64,000 bases of DNA from Macrostomum lignano (GCA_002269645.1 NIVC01000038.1:124001-188000), one strand, 5' to 3'; positions 48,435 to 63,135 are shown, numbered from the stretch's first letter. Notes: generated from the letters alone by a model not told the origin. Numbers and translations: made by a program.

Positions 48435-48885
48435 GCCAACGCTGCGAATTGGACTGTGCCGACTGCTCGTCCAATCCTTGCACCAAAGCAAATTGAAGTT
48501 TCAGCTTTTCGGTGGCTCTCGGCTTCAAATTCGGTGTCAAATTAGGTGTCAGAATGTCAAATCGGATGCCACAGTGTCAAAGGTTATTTATTAGTATTTT
48601 TCGCCGTTATCCATATCCATTAGCTACAAGGAGCTCTCAATTTTACAAATCCACTGCACTTCTCAGACATGCGCCGGCACCACGAGATCAAGCCACCATT
48701 GTGACACTGGTATCTCTAGCGCTGTCACCATCGTGCTTGGAGTTGCCTTCGGAGCACTGGGCATCGTGGTGCTGTCGGTTATTGCACCTGCCGTCTTTAC
48801 TGCAGCGTATCGAACTGTGAGACAGAAGCACGGAGATGCCTGCTTTTCCCATCGCTTTTGCAAGACTGATATTTCACAACGTTGA
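48435..48885 (+). pseudogene. Remnant of a different EGF-TM gene: EGF fragment GQRCELDCADCSSNPCTK plus a TM/short-tail segment (SAVTIVLGVAFGALGIVVLSVIAPAVFTAAY-RTVRQK...DISQR*)
   Basis: Manual translation; acceptor TATTCAG at 48434; hydrophobic stretch followed by a basic stop-transfer cluster. Confidence 0.4.
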
Positions 48886-49009
48886 TTTTTTTTCATTTTT
48901 AAGCCAACCTTTAACAGAAGTTTGGATTTAAAACACTGGTGAAGTTTGCGCCTTGTGAAATTTTGTTGTTATGAAATTTAGATGTTAAGAAATGAAGTTT
49001 ACATATGCA

Positions 49010-49545
49010 GTTTTGGTTAATATGCAGTTTAGATGTTGTGTAGTTTAGTTAGGTGTTATTCAGTTTAGGTGTTACGCAGTTCAGGTGCTATGCAGTTTAG
49101 ATGTTATGCAGTTTAGGTGTTATGTAGTTTAATGTTATGCCGTTTAGGTGTTATACAGTTTAGGCGTTATGCAGTTTAGATGTTATGCAGTTTAGGCGTT
49201 ATGCAGTTTAGGTGTTATGCAGTTTAGGCGTTATGCAGTTTAGGTGTTATGCAGTTTAGGTGTTATGCAGTTTAGGTGTTATGCAGTTTAGGTGTTGTGT
49301 AGTTTAGGTGTTATACAGTTTAGGTGTTATTCAGTTTAAGTGTTATTTAGTTGCGGTGTTATGCAGTTTAGGTGTTGTGTAGTTTAGATGTTATGCAGTT
49401 TAGATGTTATACAGTTTAGGCGTTATGCAGTTTAGGTGTTATACAGTTTAGGTGTTATGCAGTTTAGGTGTTATACAGTTTAGATGTTATGCAGTTTAGG
49501 TGTTATGCAGTTTAGGTGTTATGCAGTTTAGGTTTTGTAAAGTTT
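49010..49545 (+). repeat. 16-bp minisatellite (TGTTATGCAGTTTAGG)n
   Basis: Visible. Confidence 0.95.
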
Positions 49546-52500
49546 AGGCACCAGCTTTTTTCTTCACCTAAAACAACTTTATTTTTGCAAAATTTTTACC
49601 TTACTACTCAAAAGTTCTGTAAGTAGTAAGCTTAGATTAAAAATAGTCTAAAGCAGAAGACATCAGTGCTGTTTCACTGTGCATTTTTATCTGCAGTTGT
49701 CAAAAATTATTCGATGCTTTTAGCGTCAAAACATTTCTGTTTTGCTTGAGCCCTAGTCAGCTGCTTGAAAATGTCGAATTGTGTGCTATATATGTGTGTG
49801 ACTGTCTTTAATTACTTGATTTTTTATTAACTGGCATGGCCAATCCGTTTCTCATTTCCATATTGATTCTTTCATATGCAGAAATAATATCAGTCCGCAT
49901 ATTCTAATATTTCAATTGATTAAAATTCGCTTTAATTTGCTTTTCAGCTTCTCAAATTTGTGCAAATCTTAAACCAGATTAGGCCTCAGCCTGAGCTCGT
50001 CCCGAATGTCGTCGAAAACTCGATCGCCGATGTTAATTCTACTTCTGGCGCTGGCTTGTCATCGAGCTTCGTCTGCTTCTGCTTCAGAGGGTTTATTTGC
50101 AGGTGAAGTGGGGTTTTATCGTAGCTAAATTTGACAGTTAATAATTGTAGCCTTATTGAGTATAAATTTCCCACTGATTTCTAATATGAAGGTTCTGAGG
50201 AGGACGCCAACGAATTGGCGCGGTCGAGGCGAGCCTACTGCAGCGAGGGCGACTGCAAGAATGGCGGGACTTGCTGGCCGGGTCCTGTGACGTCAAGCAC
50301 TCCTCCGTGTCTGTGTCCTGAGCCCTACACTGGTACTTATTGCACTAATAGAATAAGCGTCTGTCCAAGTCCCTGCAAAAACGGAGGCACCTGCAACAAC
50401 ACAGACGCGAGCCCCTGGTATCACTGCAGCTGCGTTCCCGGCTACACAGGTGGGTGACCTGCTGCGAATAGAAATTCAAACTTAAAAATGTTTTTTTAAT
50501 TTCCTATTACAGAATCGCATTATCAACTTTATATGTAATCTGCTCAACTAATTTAAACAGTAAAGGCTGCCTTTATTGCGAAGCATTTAACCAAACATTA
50601 TTTTTTCTGAGAATTTATAGATCCTAAAATTAAATTAAAATTGCAGCCAAGACCTGTAGAAAAATTAAATTTTGATTTAGAAAAACATTGCCAAAATCTT
50701 AACTCAATATCTGTCTGCCTCAAAAACCAGATCAGCCATCTCACAAAACTCAGCCACTATCTCACAGATCTCATCCACCGTCTCACAGAACTCATCCATC
50801 ATCTCCCAGATTCCATCCACCGTCTCACAGAACCCATCCTTCATCTCACAGATTCCATCCATCATCTCGCATAAGACTCCAGAACTGATAAATGTTTTTA
50901 ATTTTTCTAAGCCATGGGTTTAAAGGTAAAATCCGGAAAAGCTACAAGTAAAAAGTCAACCCTCATCACAAGGACCAACTGTATATAGCTATATACAGTG
51001 GTCCTTGCCTCATATTTTAAAATATATTGATTGTTAACTGGACTGTTAGAGGCAGCACAAAAGCCAGCCAAGACGGCATTCGCACAGCAAAGGCTAAACT
51101 GAAGTTTCTAATTTTTTCCTCCCTTTCGATTTTGCAATCTGCTGCAGGCACCGACTGCGAGATCGACATTGATGACTGCGCCAGCAAGCCCTGTGCCAAC
51201 GGCCTGTGCTCAGACTTGGTGAATGACTACAGCTGCAGCTGCTTCAAAGGATGGGAGCGCAAGAACTGCAACATCAACCACAACGACTGTCCAACGGGCG
51301 CCTGCCTCAATGGCGGCAGGTGCATTGATGGCAACGGCACGTGAGTTCTCCTTCTTGACTTGGCTCAGCTGCAGGGGGCTTCGGGCATCCGCGGATGCAG
51401 CGGGAAGGCGTCAACGCCCATTCCACCAACCCCTGGCGACCAGGGGCAGCTGGTGCTGCGGTTTTGCACAGGGAGATCCTGTGGCTCCGGTGTCTGCAGG
51501 ATGGTAGCCTATAAGGTAGCTTGCGATATGGTAGAGATTCTCAGGCCTGAAAGCATCGAAAAGATCCGGGTTGGGCCCAAGGTAGGTGAGCCTGTCCTTT
51601 GTAAGGCGGGAATTCACAGGTGAATTGCTCGGCATTCTCAACACTGGAGAGGCAGAATGGGCTTTCCTTACTGCCGAATATTACCTGTAGGTATCGATAT
51701 CTGCAGGCAAAACATTTATGACCCGAGAAGACCATGATTACCACCCTGATTTCCATGCGGTTGAGCTTAATTTTCTTTAGTAAAGTTACGAGATGGGTAC
51801 ATGTAGTTTCCTGTTTGGATTCTAAATTTTGCTTCTTTATTTTCTTTACTGGAAACACTCTGAGCATCCGGACTATAAAGCCGAGTTTTCTGCTTATTTT
51901 TCAGATTCACCTGCGACTGCACAGACACGGGATTCGCAGGTGACAGGTGCCAAAACAACATTGACGACTGCGCCAGAAAGCCCTGCGCCAACGGCCTGTG
52001 CACGGACCTGGTGAAAAACTACAGCTGCAGCTGCTTCACAGGCTGGGAGGGCAGGAACTGCTCAGTGGACACTGACTACTGCCTGTCAGGGCCCTGTCAG
52101 AACGGCGGCGACTGCAGTGACGGAAACTCCACGTGAGTTTTTTGAGGTTGCATTTTTTTTACCATTGATCTCATTGCATGGCTAGATTTGTAGAATCTCT
52201 GATTCAGATAATGTAGGCAATGGAGTAAATTTGGCTCAGAAATCCGTCACATGTCCAAGCAGCTTTCTTGTCAGCCAGCAACTTATTATGGCAGGAAAAG
52301 AGGGGTAGAGTATGAACTTTTATGCAAACTCTTTTGAGACTGAGCAGCCTCAAATAATGGAGCCTTTGAAACGCGACAGACCATTTTAAAGTCTCGATTG
52401 GGAAGGGATCTGGAAGATGTCGTTCTGTCGCACCTGCATCCGGGATGGAATTTTCCTATCCTCCAACGAGCGCCCGCCTCGATGGCGACAGGTGCACTAA

Positions 52501-53289
52501 TGGCAACGGAACGTGAGTTCTTCTTGACTTGACTTACCTGCAGGGAGCTCCAGGCATGCAAATGCAGTTGGAGGCGTCAAAACTCATTTTTTTACCTTCG
52601 ACAGCAAACTTTCGATTGCAAAAAGTGCTATGCAACCCGGGCTTTAAGGTGCTTCAATGTTATAAAATTTTACAACAAAATAAAACAAAACAGTGTAATA
52701 AGTCAGTTATTCAGTGTAAATACGCTTGTAATCACATGCGTAATTAAAAAAACACAGGTTCACCTGCGACTGCTCTCGCGTCGACTTCCAAGGCGACACC
52801 TGCAGCTCCAAGATTGATGACTGCGCGTCGAGTCCGTGCAAGCACGGCGGCAGGTGCACCGACGGTGTCAGGAGCTTCACCTGCGACTGCACAGACACGG
52901 GATTCACAGGTGACAGGTGTCAAAACAACATTGATGACTGCGCCAGCAACCCTTGCAGCCACAACGCCACCTGCGTTGACGGGCTCAGAGACTTCAGCTG
53001 CAGCTGCTTCAGCGGCTACTCGGGAAAGACCTGCTCCTATGACGTGCCGGACTGCTCGCCGAATCCGTGCCAGTTCGGTGGCGCCTGTCTGGAGCGCAGC
53101 AACCCGGCTCTGTATGGAAACTCTCCGCTGCCAGCGCCGTTCAACGGCAGCTTCAGCTACGCGCTGGCTGCCGGTTTCATCTGCCTCTGCCCCATGGGTG
53201 AGCTCTGAATACAGCCTGTTCACAATCACATGTAGATTAAATTGCATTGTACACCTACAAGTTTTACCACGCGGGAAGTAAGGCGGGTA

Positions 53290-54445
<1,156 letters not shown>

Positions 54446-54449
54446 TAGT

Positions 54450-55720
54450 ATTGGCGCCACTTTCCTGGTTTCTTTCTTAAAGTCGCGGATCGCGAATTGA
54501 CAAGGGTCAGGTTAGCCGGGTCCTTGCTCTTTCGAGCTGTCCATTGGAGACACTTTGCCTTGCGCCGGAGAGACCAAGCGCCTGGTGCCACCAGGAAGGG
54601 GGTGGATTGTTTGCCTTTGTAGACCTTCAGAGAACAGGAGGCCTCGTGCGCTGGCAGGACGGTTTTGCTGAGCAGGCTGGCAAGGTCATCGACTTCCCTA
54701 CAGGTGGTAGGAACGACGCTGCTCAGCTGATTTATTTGGCATTTTTCGGGTTTCCGCGATGGCCGTCCAATCAGTGTTCCAGACGTTCTTTTCACAGGAT
54801 GCTTGGTTTGGGGCAAGAGAATTACCAGAGAAGCCAGGCCGTGGGAGACGAGGGTTGCGTCGAAGGCCTCAGTTTATTGCTCTTTGTTGAATGAGGAAGT
54901 TCCACCAAAGCTGCAAAACTCATTATTGTCCTCTCGCTCGTCCTCCCCTCGTTCTCTCCCCGTAGATAGACAGGCTACTCAACTCCGTACTCAAGTCGAT
55001 GGCTTTCAGCGTCTCCAGGAGCTGCTGCCCAGACGTGCTGTCGGCGGGTAGGATGTGGAGGGCATGGTCCTTGACTTTCGCCTTTAGGACTTGGAGCACA
55101 GTACCACTCAGTGTCATCTTGCCCAGGTGGGAGTCCAACCTGCGCTAGATTTGGTCGAGCTACTCGGCCGAAAGAGGCGTTTCCTAGCCTTGGATAATCA
55201 AGGCCGGCTGCCTCTTGGCCATAGCAGCGTAGGTGCGCTTCGGCTTTGTGGATTGGCCAGCACCCCGCGCTTTGGGTCCCTCCACAGCTGTGGAAGTTTC
55301 AACACGGGCAGAGATCCCGCCGCGTGAGGAGCCAGTCGCACCGGAAACTTTGGCGGCATCTGTCGCTTCCACCCGACTCGCGGGGTCCGCTTCTTGTTGG
55401 ATGTCGGCCCCTCCGCGGGAATCGCAGATTTTCCTCAGAGGCTTTCGCACTCCTCTGTTCCTCCATTTTGCGCTGGCGGAATGCTTTGTAACGAGCCTTT
55501 CTTCTAAAGATCTGAGGCCCACTGCCTTGTTGTCAAGCCACGTCGGTATTATCCTGAGTGGCTGCAGGGTTGCTGGATTAAATGGCACCGGAACTTCCGG
55601 TGCTTTAAATGTCCTGTTGAGCCGCGGTACCAAGTTTTGTTTGCGGCTCTGTGGCCTATGTGGCTTAGCCCCACCCCTAGCCCTGCGTGGCTTAGCCCCA
55701 CCCAATCTCACTGCCCTCAC
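54450..55720 (-). mobile_element. Possible degraded retroelement ORF1/gag-like fragment
   Basis: Fragmented minus-strand ORFs with RTYAAMAKRQPALIIQG and a possible decayed Cys/His knuckle; family not identifiable by eye. Confidence 0.3.
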
Positions 55721-56154
55721 CCCACCAGGGTACTTCTGTACGCACCCGGCCTTCTCTCCCCCTCTAGGCCTTCCTTTGAAGTCGTAATTTCATGAGCTCA
55801 GCTTGTGACCCCGTTGAAAAGTATTTTTATCTTTATTAATTTTCCCACATTCTTCCTCTCTAGACTTGCCCTGTAATTGCCTGTCATCAGGCTTGGATAC
55901 GAGCGGCAGTACGCTCATCCAAAGTTCCTTCAGTCAAAGGTTAAATTCGGGTCTGAGATATCTGTACGCCTCCAGACCCGTGTTCACCCCTCTCTGTCGC
56001 TTTCGAGAGGCTACCTGCTTCCAGTCTCATCATCCGCGCATCTCTCTTACGAGTGAAGAGGGGCTTAACGAGTGTCGAGAAATTAATAAGATTAAACGAG
56101 AGAACATTTAATTGGATTTAAATTGAATACTAAGATCTAGAAGGAGCAGTATGT

Positions 56155-57690
56155 GGGCGCAGGGCCCAAACCAGTGTATTTATATGATCCTAACTTAGAG
56201 AGGGTTGACTTCAGTATAATAAAAGGAGGGGTAGAGTGCGCTACTAAAGAGAGAGAGGCGAGAATGGAGAGCCAATCAAAAGGCAGCAAAGGAGAGAGAT
56301 ATAAAAATAACAAGATTGAGCTAGACAGAGAGACAGAGAAAACAGAGTAAACAGAGACAAGTGAAGGTGAATTAAAGAAATGACTAGGAAAGTCGCGACA
56401 GCCCCCCCCCCACAAAAAAATAAGCATTTTTTGAATTTTTTATTACTAAAAGAAATGATAAATTAGAGTTCAAAATCCAATTTTTTGAAGTTTATTTGAC
56501 TGTGTACAAATATGACTATGAAATTCAATACAAAACCTGTAGAGTGAATGCAAAATTGACCAAAGGATTTCTTGCAGCTCTCTGCCGGAGCAGCAGCTGC
56601 AGAATAATGCTGTGTGGTTAATTAGTCCCGACTTTCTTCAAACTGAAATCTACCCGGATTCACCTGACGATCTGCAGCTAAGCGTTGCTGCTTAGGAATC
56701 CATCACAGGAGAAGTAGTGTCAAAAAGTGATAACCAGAGTGAAGGAGCTCATGGCGCACTGCACGTGTCTTCCGTCGTAGACATAAGTAGGTTTTCGCAT
56801 TCTTCCCGTTTGGTGCGCGTCCTAACTTGGATAAGGATATTTATCAGCAACCTTCAAAGTAGTCGAGTCGGCCAGACCAGAGATCAGTAGCACTGACAGC
56901 ACACCAGCTCAATACTGCAGAAGAACTTTTGTTGAAGTCAGCTCAACGGCAAGAATTTTCAAAGGAAGTTAGTCACTCTCCAGAATGGTTCGGGGGCCAC
57001 ACAACTAAATCGAAATTTGAATCTTTGGCTGGACGACGTTGGTTTGTTGCGTTCGCGCGGTAGGATTTCGGTGATGTCCGATGTGAACAATCCGATTTTA
57101 GTTCCTCGACACAGTCCGTTAGAGCAACTCATAATTCAAAATTATCATCAGACAGTTGCTCACGGAGGAGTCGCGTCAATGCTATGTAAGGTCCGTAAAA
57201 AGTACTGGATCGTAAAGGGCAGTCAGCAAACAAAGCAGGAATTGTCGAAGTGAGTAGTGTGCAAAAATATTCAAGGACATTCACGGACATTAATGACATA
57301 ATAAGTAATATTCAGGTCAAGATTTTTTTGGAGTTGAACACACAAACCAGAAAAGAGGGCGCAGGGCCCGAATTCATATATTTATAAGACATTGCTTTAA
57401 ATTAGAGGGGGTGGAGGTTGCATTCACGATAAGAGACGGGGTAACTAATTAGAGCACGAGAGCGCTAGGGGTCGAAAAATGATAACAAAAGCAAATCAGC
57501 GTGCAATGGGGAGTAGGTACAAGGCGCGATCAGAAGGCAGAGAAGGCCGAGATAAAGATAAGGCGCAGAGAGGCATCCAATCAGAAGGAAGCAAGGGAGA
57601 GAGATATAGGAATAACAAGGTTTAGCTAGACAGACAGAGAGAAAATAGAGTAGACAGAGACAAGTGATGGTGAACTAAAGAAATGACTCT
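56155..57690. repeat. Pair of diverged direct repeats (~56155-56390 and ~57355-57690) flanking the BEL/Pao fragment; possible LTR remnants
   Basis: Shared GCGCAGGGCCC...TATTTATA and GAGAGATATA..AATAACAAG.TT.AGCTAGACAG...GAGACAAGTGA.GGTGAA.TAAAGAAATGACT blocks. Confidence 0.55.
56740..57280 (+). mobile_element. BEL/Pao LTR-retrotransposon pol fragment (RNase H end / integrase zinc-binding region)
   Basis: SRFSHSSRLVRVLTWIRIF, LNLWLDDVGLLRSRGR, NPILVPRHSPLEQLIIQNYHQTVAHGGVASMLCKVRKKYWIVKG, typical of Pao integrase HHCC. Confidence 0.78.
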
Positions 57691-60291
57691 TTGAACTAAG
57701 TAAACGACACAAAGCATACCAGCGTTTCCCCTTACATAATCCACTTCCGCCTCGGAGTAACTGTACGCCTCGGGGGTGGCGCTTTCCCTCCTATACCACT
57801 CGGCAAGCTGTAGGCAGTCCAGTACCCGAACGCAGAACACCCCGCCTGCGGTCCGCACGGACGGTAGCGTAACACAACCGCAGCTCCTCCACTGACTGGT
57901 CTGGCTTTCGGTTCTTTCAGTTCTTCTCACTGCCTAACGAGCCGTCGGAGATTACTTAAGAAACTTACTCGATAGCCTAGTGATCTCAGCTGATCTCGCC
58001 ACGGCAAACATCAGTTTAACGATGCTTCCCAACACATGTATTGTGAAAACACTTATATTTCAATCAAATCAGGTACCCACGGAGACAACTGCTCCATCAA
58101 CCCGAACGACTGTCTGGATCCGGCCACCAACCGCAGCGTTTGCGCTCACGCGTCGAGCTGCACGGACGGCCTGGCCTCATTCACCTGCCACTGCCTGCCC
58201 GGCTACGAGGGCCCGACCTGCTCAGTCGACATCAACGAGTGCGAGCGGTTCGGACAGCCGTGTCAGAACGGAGCCGTCTGCAAGGACCTGATTATGCCTG
58301 CACCGGCTGCCCCGCTGACTTCGGAGGCAAAAACTGCAGCGTCAGACTGACTGGCTGCGACTCCAGCCCGTGCCACGTAAACGCCACTTGCGAGCCTCTG
58401 CTTCTTCAGGAAGTTCCATCACCTGCTCACGGACATCGCTGCACCTGCAAGCCTGGCTGGTCTGGACCACAGTGCAACGAGACCACCCTGGCGTCATTCA
58501 GCGGAAGCACGGCCTTCAGCGTCTTGCTGGATAGCGCCAAGTTGGGCACAAAAGCTGACTGCACCTTCGAGCTGTCGTTCCGCACGAGTCTCGCTCACTT
58601 CGATCTGGTCCGGCTCTCGTCTCACTGGGGAGACATCCGAGTCGGCGCTTACGACTCCAGTCTCGTGCTGTTTTTCTTCAATGCCTCATCGTCTGTGATT
58701 GGCCGAGTCGCTTGGCCAATCAGTGACAGCTTGGCTTCTACTGCTTGGCTGACGCTGTCGGTCTCGCTGACCAATGGCAGAGCGACATTGAGTCGCAGTG
58801 AGTCTGGAGTGAGTCAGCTGCCTGGAGCACAGCTGGTTGACGGACTGTCGGACTCATTCAAGCCGAACAGCCGAATGTCGGTTCGTGTCGGCGGCGAGAG
58901 CGGATCCGGCATCGACGGCGGCGGCTTCCGCGGCTGCGTGAGAGACCTGCGGCTCGTGACGGACGACTCGACATTGGTCGGCTCGGAGACCACGGCGGAG
59001 TCAAGCAACGCGACCTGGGGAGTCTGCAGTCGATCGATGCAGTGTGGCAACCCGTCGCCTTGTGAAGCAAAGACGAGCTCGATGTGCTCAGATATGTGGA
59101 ACGACTTTGTGTGCCATTGCGCTGCGGACTTCGGAGGCCGGCGCTGCTCCGTAGAGCTTCCATCGTTCTCACTGGGTGTGGGCAGCAGCGTGTCATCAGC
59201 GATGTTCGCGTCTGCAGCAGGTGTGTCAAGTGTGTATGGCGGAGACTCGTGGACGATTGAGCTGAGGCTGGTGACTTTGTCTCGAGGAGCGTTTCTGCTG
59301 CTGCTGGGCGACCCGAGCGACTCGGCGACCACTCCGAGACTGCTCGCTACGGTCAGTGTCCTTGTGGTACTCCTCTGTAGATGTTCAAGATTTTTTTAAG
59401 TCAATATTTCTTTAAAATCTTTTCAGATCGATCACTCTGGCCGTATGTCCGCCCAGTTACTGCACAGCAACGGCTCCCTCATCGCAGCGCTGACGTCCTC
59501 AGACTCTGTGGCCACCGGCGACTTCGTCTCCGTGAAGATCTCCGTGTCGATATCGGGTCGCTCGCTGTCGCTGTCAGTGTCATCTTCAGTCAGTTCGGCA
59601 TCGCTGAGCAGTGCGAGTCCGCTGCCGCAGCTGTCAGGCCAGCTCATCATCGGCGGCTTCAGCGGTCTTCGAGCAGCTCCGGCTCCGTCGCCCGATTCCA
59701 CAGGCCGCGGCGCTTCGAGAACAAAGAGATCGGCAGATGTCGCGCTGCCCAGAGTTGCTTCAGCGGCAGGAAATGTCACCGCGTTTCGGGGCTCGCTGAG
59801 GTCAATCAAGGTGAACGGTGACACTCCACTTATTCTGGTGTCTGGGAGTGACGGCTTCGAGGGCCTCACAGGTGCCGTGGTAGCCAGCGAGTCGAAAGAT
59901 ATTGTCCCAGGCATTTTCAACAATACCGTGTGCGAAGATTTTCGACCTTGTAGAAATGGTGCGACCTGCACTAACGGGCTCTACTATTCGTACCGGTGAG
60001 TTTATTGTCATGTCTTCAGTTAAACAGCTGCTGCAGTCCATGGCTAATCTGCTTCGATACCACCGGATGCCTCAATTTCAGCTGCGTTTGCCACCCGGGC
60101 TACTCGGGCGAGGACTGCTCCGTCGACCATCCCGACTGCAGCTCGAATCCGTGCGGCGCCGACTCGTTCTGTCTGGAGCGAAGCATTGAAGCTTTGTACA
60201 GCAATGCGTCCAGCCTGGCGCCGTTTAACGGCTCCTTCAGCTACTCGAAGGCTGCCGGCTTTGAGTGCGTGCGCATGATGGCACCGACTGA

Positions 60292-61212
60292 GACTGCCGC
60301 CAGTAGTGAGGCTGCCGCCAGTAAGTAGTGAGGCTGCCGCCAATAAGTAGTGAGACTGCCGCCAGTAGTGAGGCTGCCGCCAGTAAGTAGTGAGGCTGCT
60401 GCCAGTAAGTAGTGAGGCTGCCGCCAGTAAGTAGTGAGACTGCCGCCAGTAAGTAGTGAGGCTGCTGCCAGTAAGTAGTGAGGCTGCCGCCAGTAAGTAG
60501 TGAGGCTGCTGCCAGTAAGTAGTGAGGCTGCTGCCAGTAAGTAGTGAGGCTGCTGCCAGTAAGTAGTGAGGCTGCCGCCAGTAAGTAGTGAGGCTTCTGC
60601 CAGTAAGTAGTGAGGCTGCCGCCAGTAAGTAGTGAGGCTGCTGCCAGTAAGTAGTGAGGCTGCCGCCAGTAAGTAGTGAGGCTGCCGCCAGTAAGTAGTG
60701 AGGCTTCTGCCAGTAAGTAGTGAGGCTGCCGCAAGTAAGTAGTGAGGCTGTCGCCAGTAAGTAGTGAGGCTGCCGCCATTAAGTAGTGAGGCTGCCGCCA
60801 GTAAGTAGTGAGGCTGTCGCTAGTAAGTAGTGAGGCTGCCGCAAGTAAGTAGTGAGGCTGTCGCTAGTAAGTAGTGAGGCTGCCGCCAGTAAGTAGTGAG
60901 GCTGTCGCCAGTAAGTAGTGAGGCTGCCGCCAGTAAGTAGTGAGGCTGCCGCCAGTAAGTAGTGAGGCTGCCGCCAGTAAGTAGTGAGGCTGCCGCCAGT
61001 AAGTAGTGAGGCTGCCGCCAGTAAGTAGTGAGGCTGCCGCCAGTAAGTAGTGAGGCTGCCGCCAGTAAGTAGTGAGGCTGCCGCCAGTAAGTAGTGAGGC
61101 TGCCGCCAGTAAGTAGTGAGGCTGCCGCCAGTAAGTAGTGAGGCTGCTGCCAGTAAGTAGTGAGGCTGTCGCCAGTAAGTAGTGAGGCTGCCGCCAGTAA
61201 GTAGTGAGGCTG
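60292..61212 (+). repeat. 22-bp splice-donor minisatellite of copy D, ~42 units
   Basis: Same unit as in the other copies. Confidence 0.97.
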
Positions 61213-62124
61213 TGTCTGTTTTTGAGGGTTGAAATGCAGCGAAAGCAAATGAATTTCAGTAATACCTGGCTTGTTGATCAAATAAATATGCATTTACTTC
61301 AAGTGAATTCCCACTCTTTATTGCCTCACAATTCATGAAAAAAATTGCGCTGTGTCTCAAAGTCCCATCAGACAAAAAGATCAGGCAAAAACTTGATTTT
61401 AATGATTTGTTTCATGTCTGAAAGGCCTAACTGCAGATTTTCTTGAGTTTTGAGCCAAGAAACATTTGACAAACATTTGATCGTTGCGATGCCTCGATGC
61501 TCATACTTCAATAGTCTCATTCAATCGAACTCTTTACCTATTACAGATGACTTTCTTCCCACGTGGGCAATTGCGGCCATTGCTGTGGCAATCTTCTTAT
61601 TTGGAGTTCTTCTGACAGTTTCCGTGTTCCTCCTGCTGCTCAACCGGCATCGAAACGTGAGTCTCTGCGCGCCAGTCATTTTAATAAAACCCTACGAGTA
61701 TATACAAATGCCTAATTATCATCATAAATATAAATTTCAGGGCAAGCTGTCACTTGGATATTTCGAGAGACAGGTATTCCCTCTATTAATGTAAAACAGT
61801 CAAAATTATTGTATATTTACTGATTAAATACGAGTGTATTGTTTCTTTACGTTTGAGGCCCCGGTTCTGGAGAATGCGAAACGAAGAAGTGCAGCGAAAG
61901 TTTTGAGCGATCTGAAAAACCGGCTGAGCTCGCGCAGTGAGCACACCTACCTGACATCCGACAGGCGTCCGGTGAGACCTCTGCTCACAGTCATATGCTG
62001 ATGGGGCCTCATCATTAGAGATATTCTAACAGTAGCTATGGCCTAATTATATCCACTAAAGCGATTTTTCGCATCTATATGTCACAATTTACTTTGCTAA
62101 AATCTACAACTTTTTGACAGATAA

Positions 62125-62382
<258 letters not shown>

Positions 62383-62737
62383 CTAATTACTAACAAATAA
62401 TACATTGAATTTACAGGAAATCTCTACCGTCGAAAGGTACGAAATGGCTCCATACGATGTGATCAGCGATGCGGAGACAAAGCCAGATGAAGTCCCGCCT
62501 GAGCAGGTTTGCTACTCGCAATCTGTTTGCCTACCAGAAAGAGTTGCGCTGAGCAAACTGTGAGCAGCAATTCCTGCTTCAACCCGCTGTAGGAAGTCGA
62601 AACTGCGGGCGGCTCCAATCGGTTCAACAGCGAGCTGTCATCAGCCTACGATGTGATCCCGGACCTGACGGCGAGCCAGAAGCAGCAGAACCAGAGAGCT
62701 GCTCAGCAAGTCAAGAGCAATCAAAAAGAGGAGTGCC

Positions 62738-63135
62738 GCTGACTGCTGACTGCTGACTGCTGCCTGCTGACTGCTCACTGCTGACTGCTGACTGCTGACT
62801 GCTGACTGCTGACTGCTGACTGCTGACTTCTGACTGCTGACTGCTGACTGCTGACTGCTGACTGCTGACTGCTGACTGCTGACTGCTGACTGCTGACTGC
62901 TGACTGCTGACTTCTGACTGCTGACTGCTGACTGGTGACTGCTGACTGCTGACTGCTGACTGCTGACTGCTGACTGCTGACTGCTGACTGCTGCCTGCTG
63001 ACTGCTGCCTGCTGACTGCTGACTGCTGACTGCTGACTGCTGACTGCTGACTGCTGCCTGCTGACTGCTGACTGCTGACTGCTGACTGCTGACTGCTGAC
63101 TGCTGACTGCTGACTGCTGACTGCTGACTGCTGAC
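62738..63135 (+). repeat. (CTGACTG)n microsatellite at the stop codon of copy D
   Basis: Visible; paralogous to 4919-5255. Confidence 0.97.

Noticed and set aside
49010-49545. Telomere-like repeats (TTTAGG in the 16-mer; GGGTT runs at 12722, 22060, 45096)
   Set aside because: Units are not TTAGGG arrays and are interstitial minisatellites
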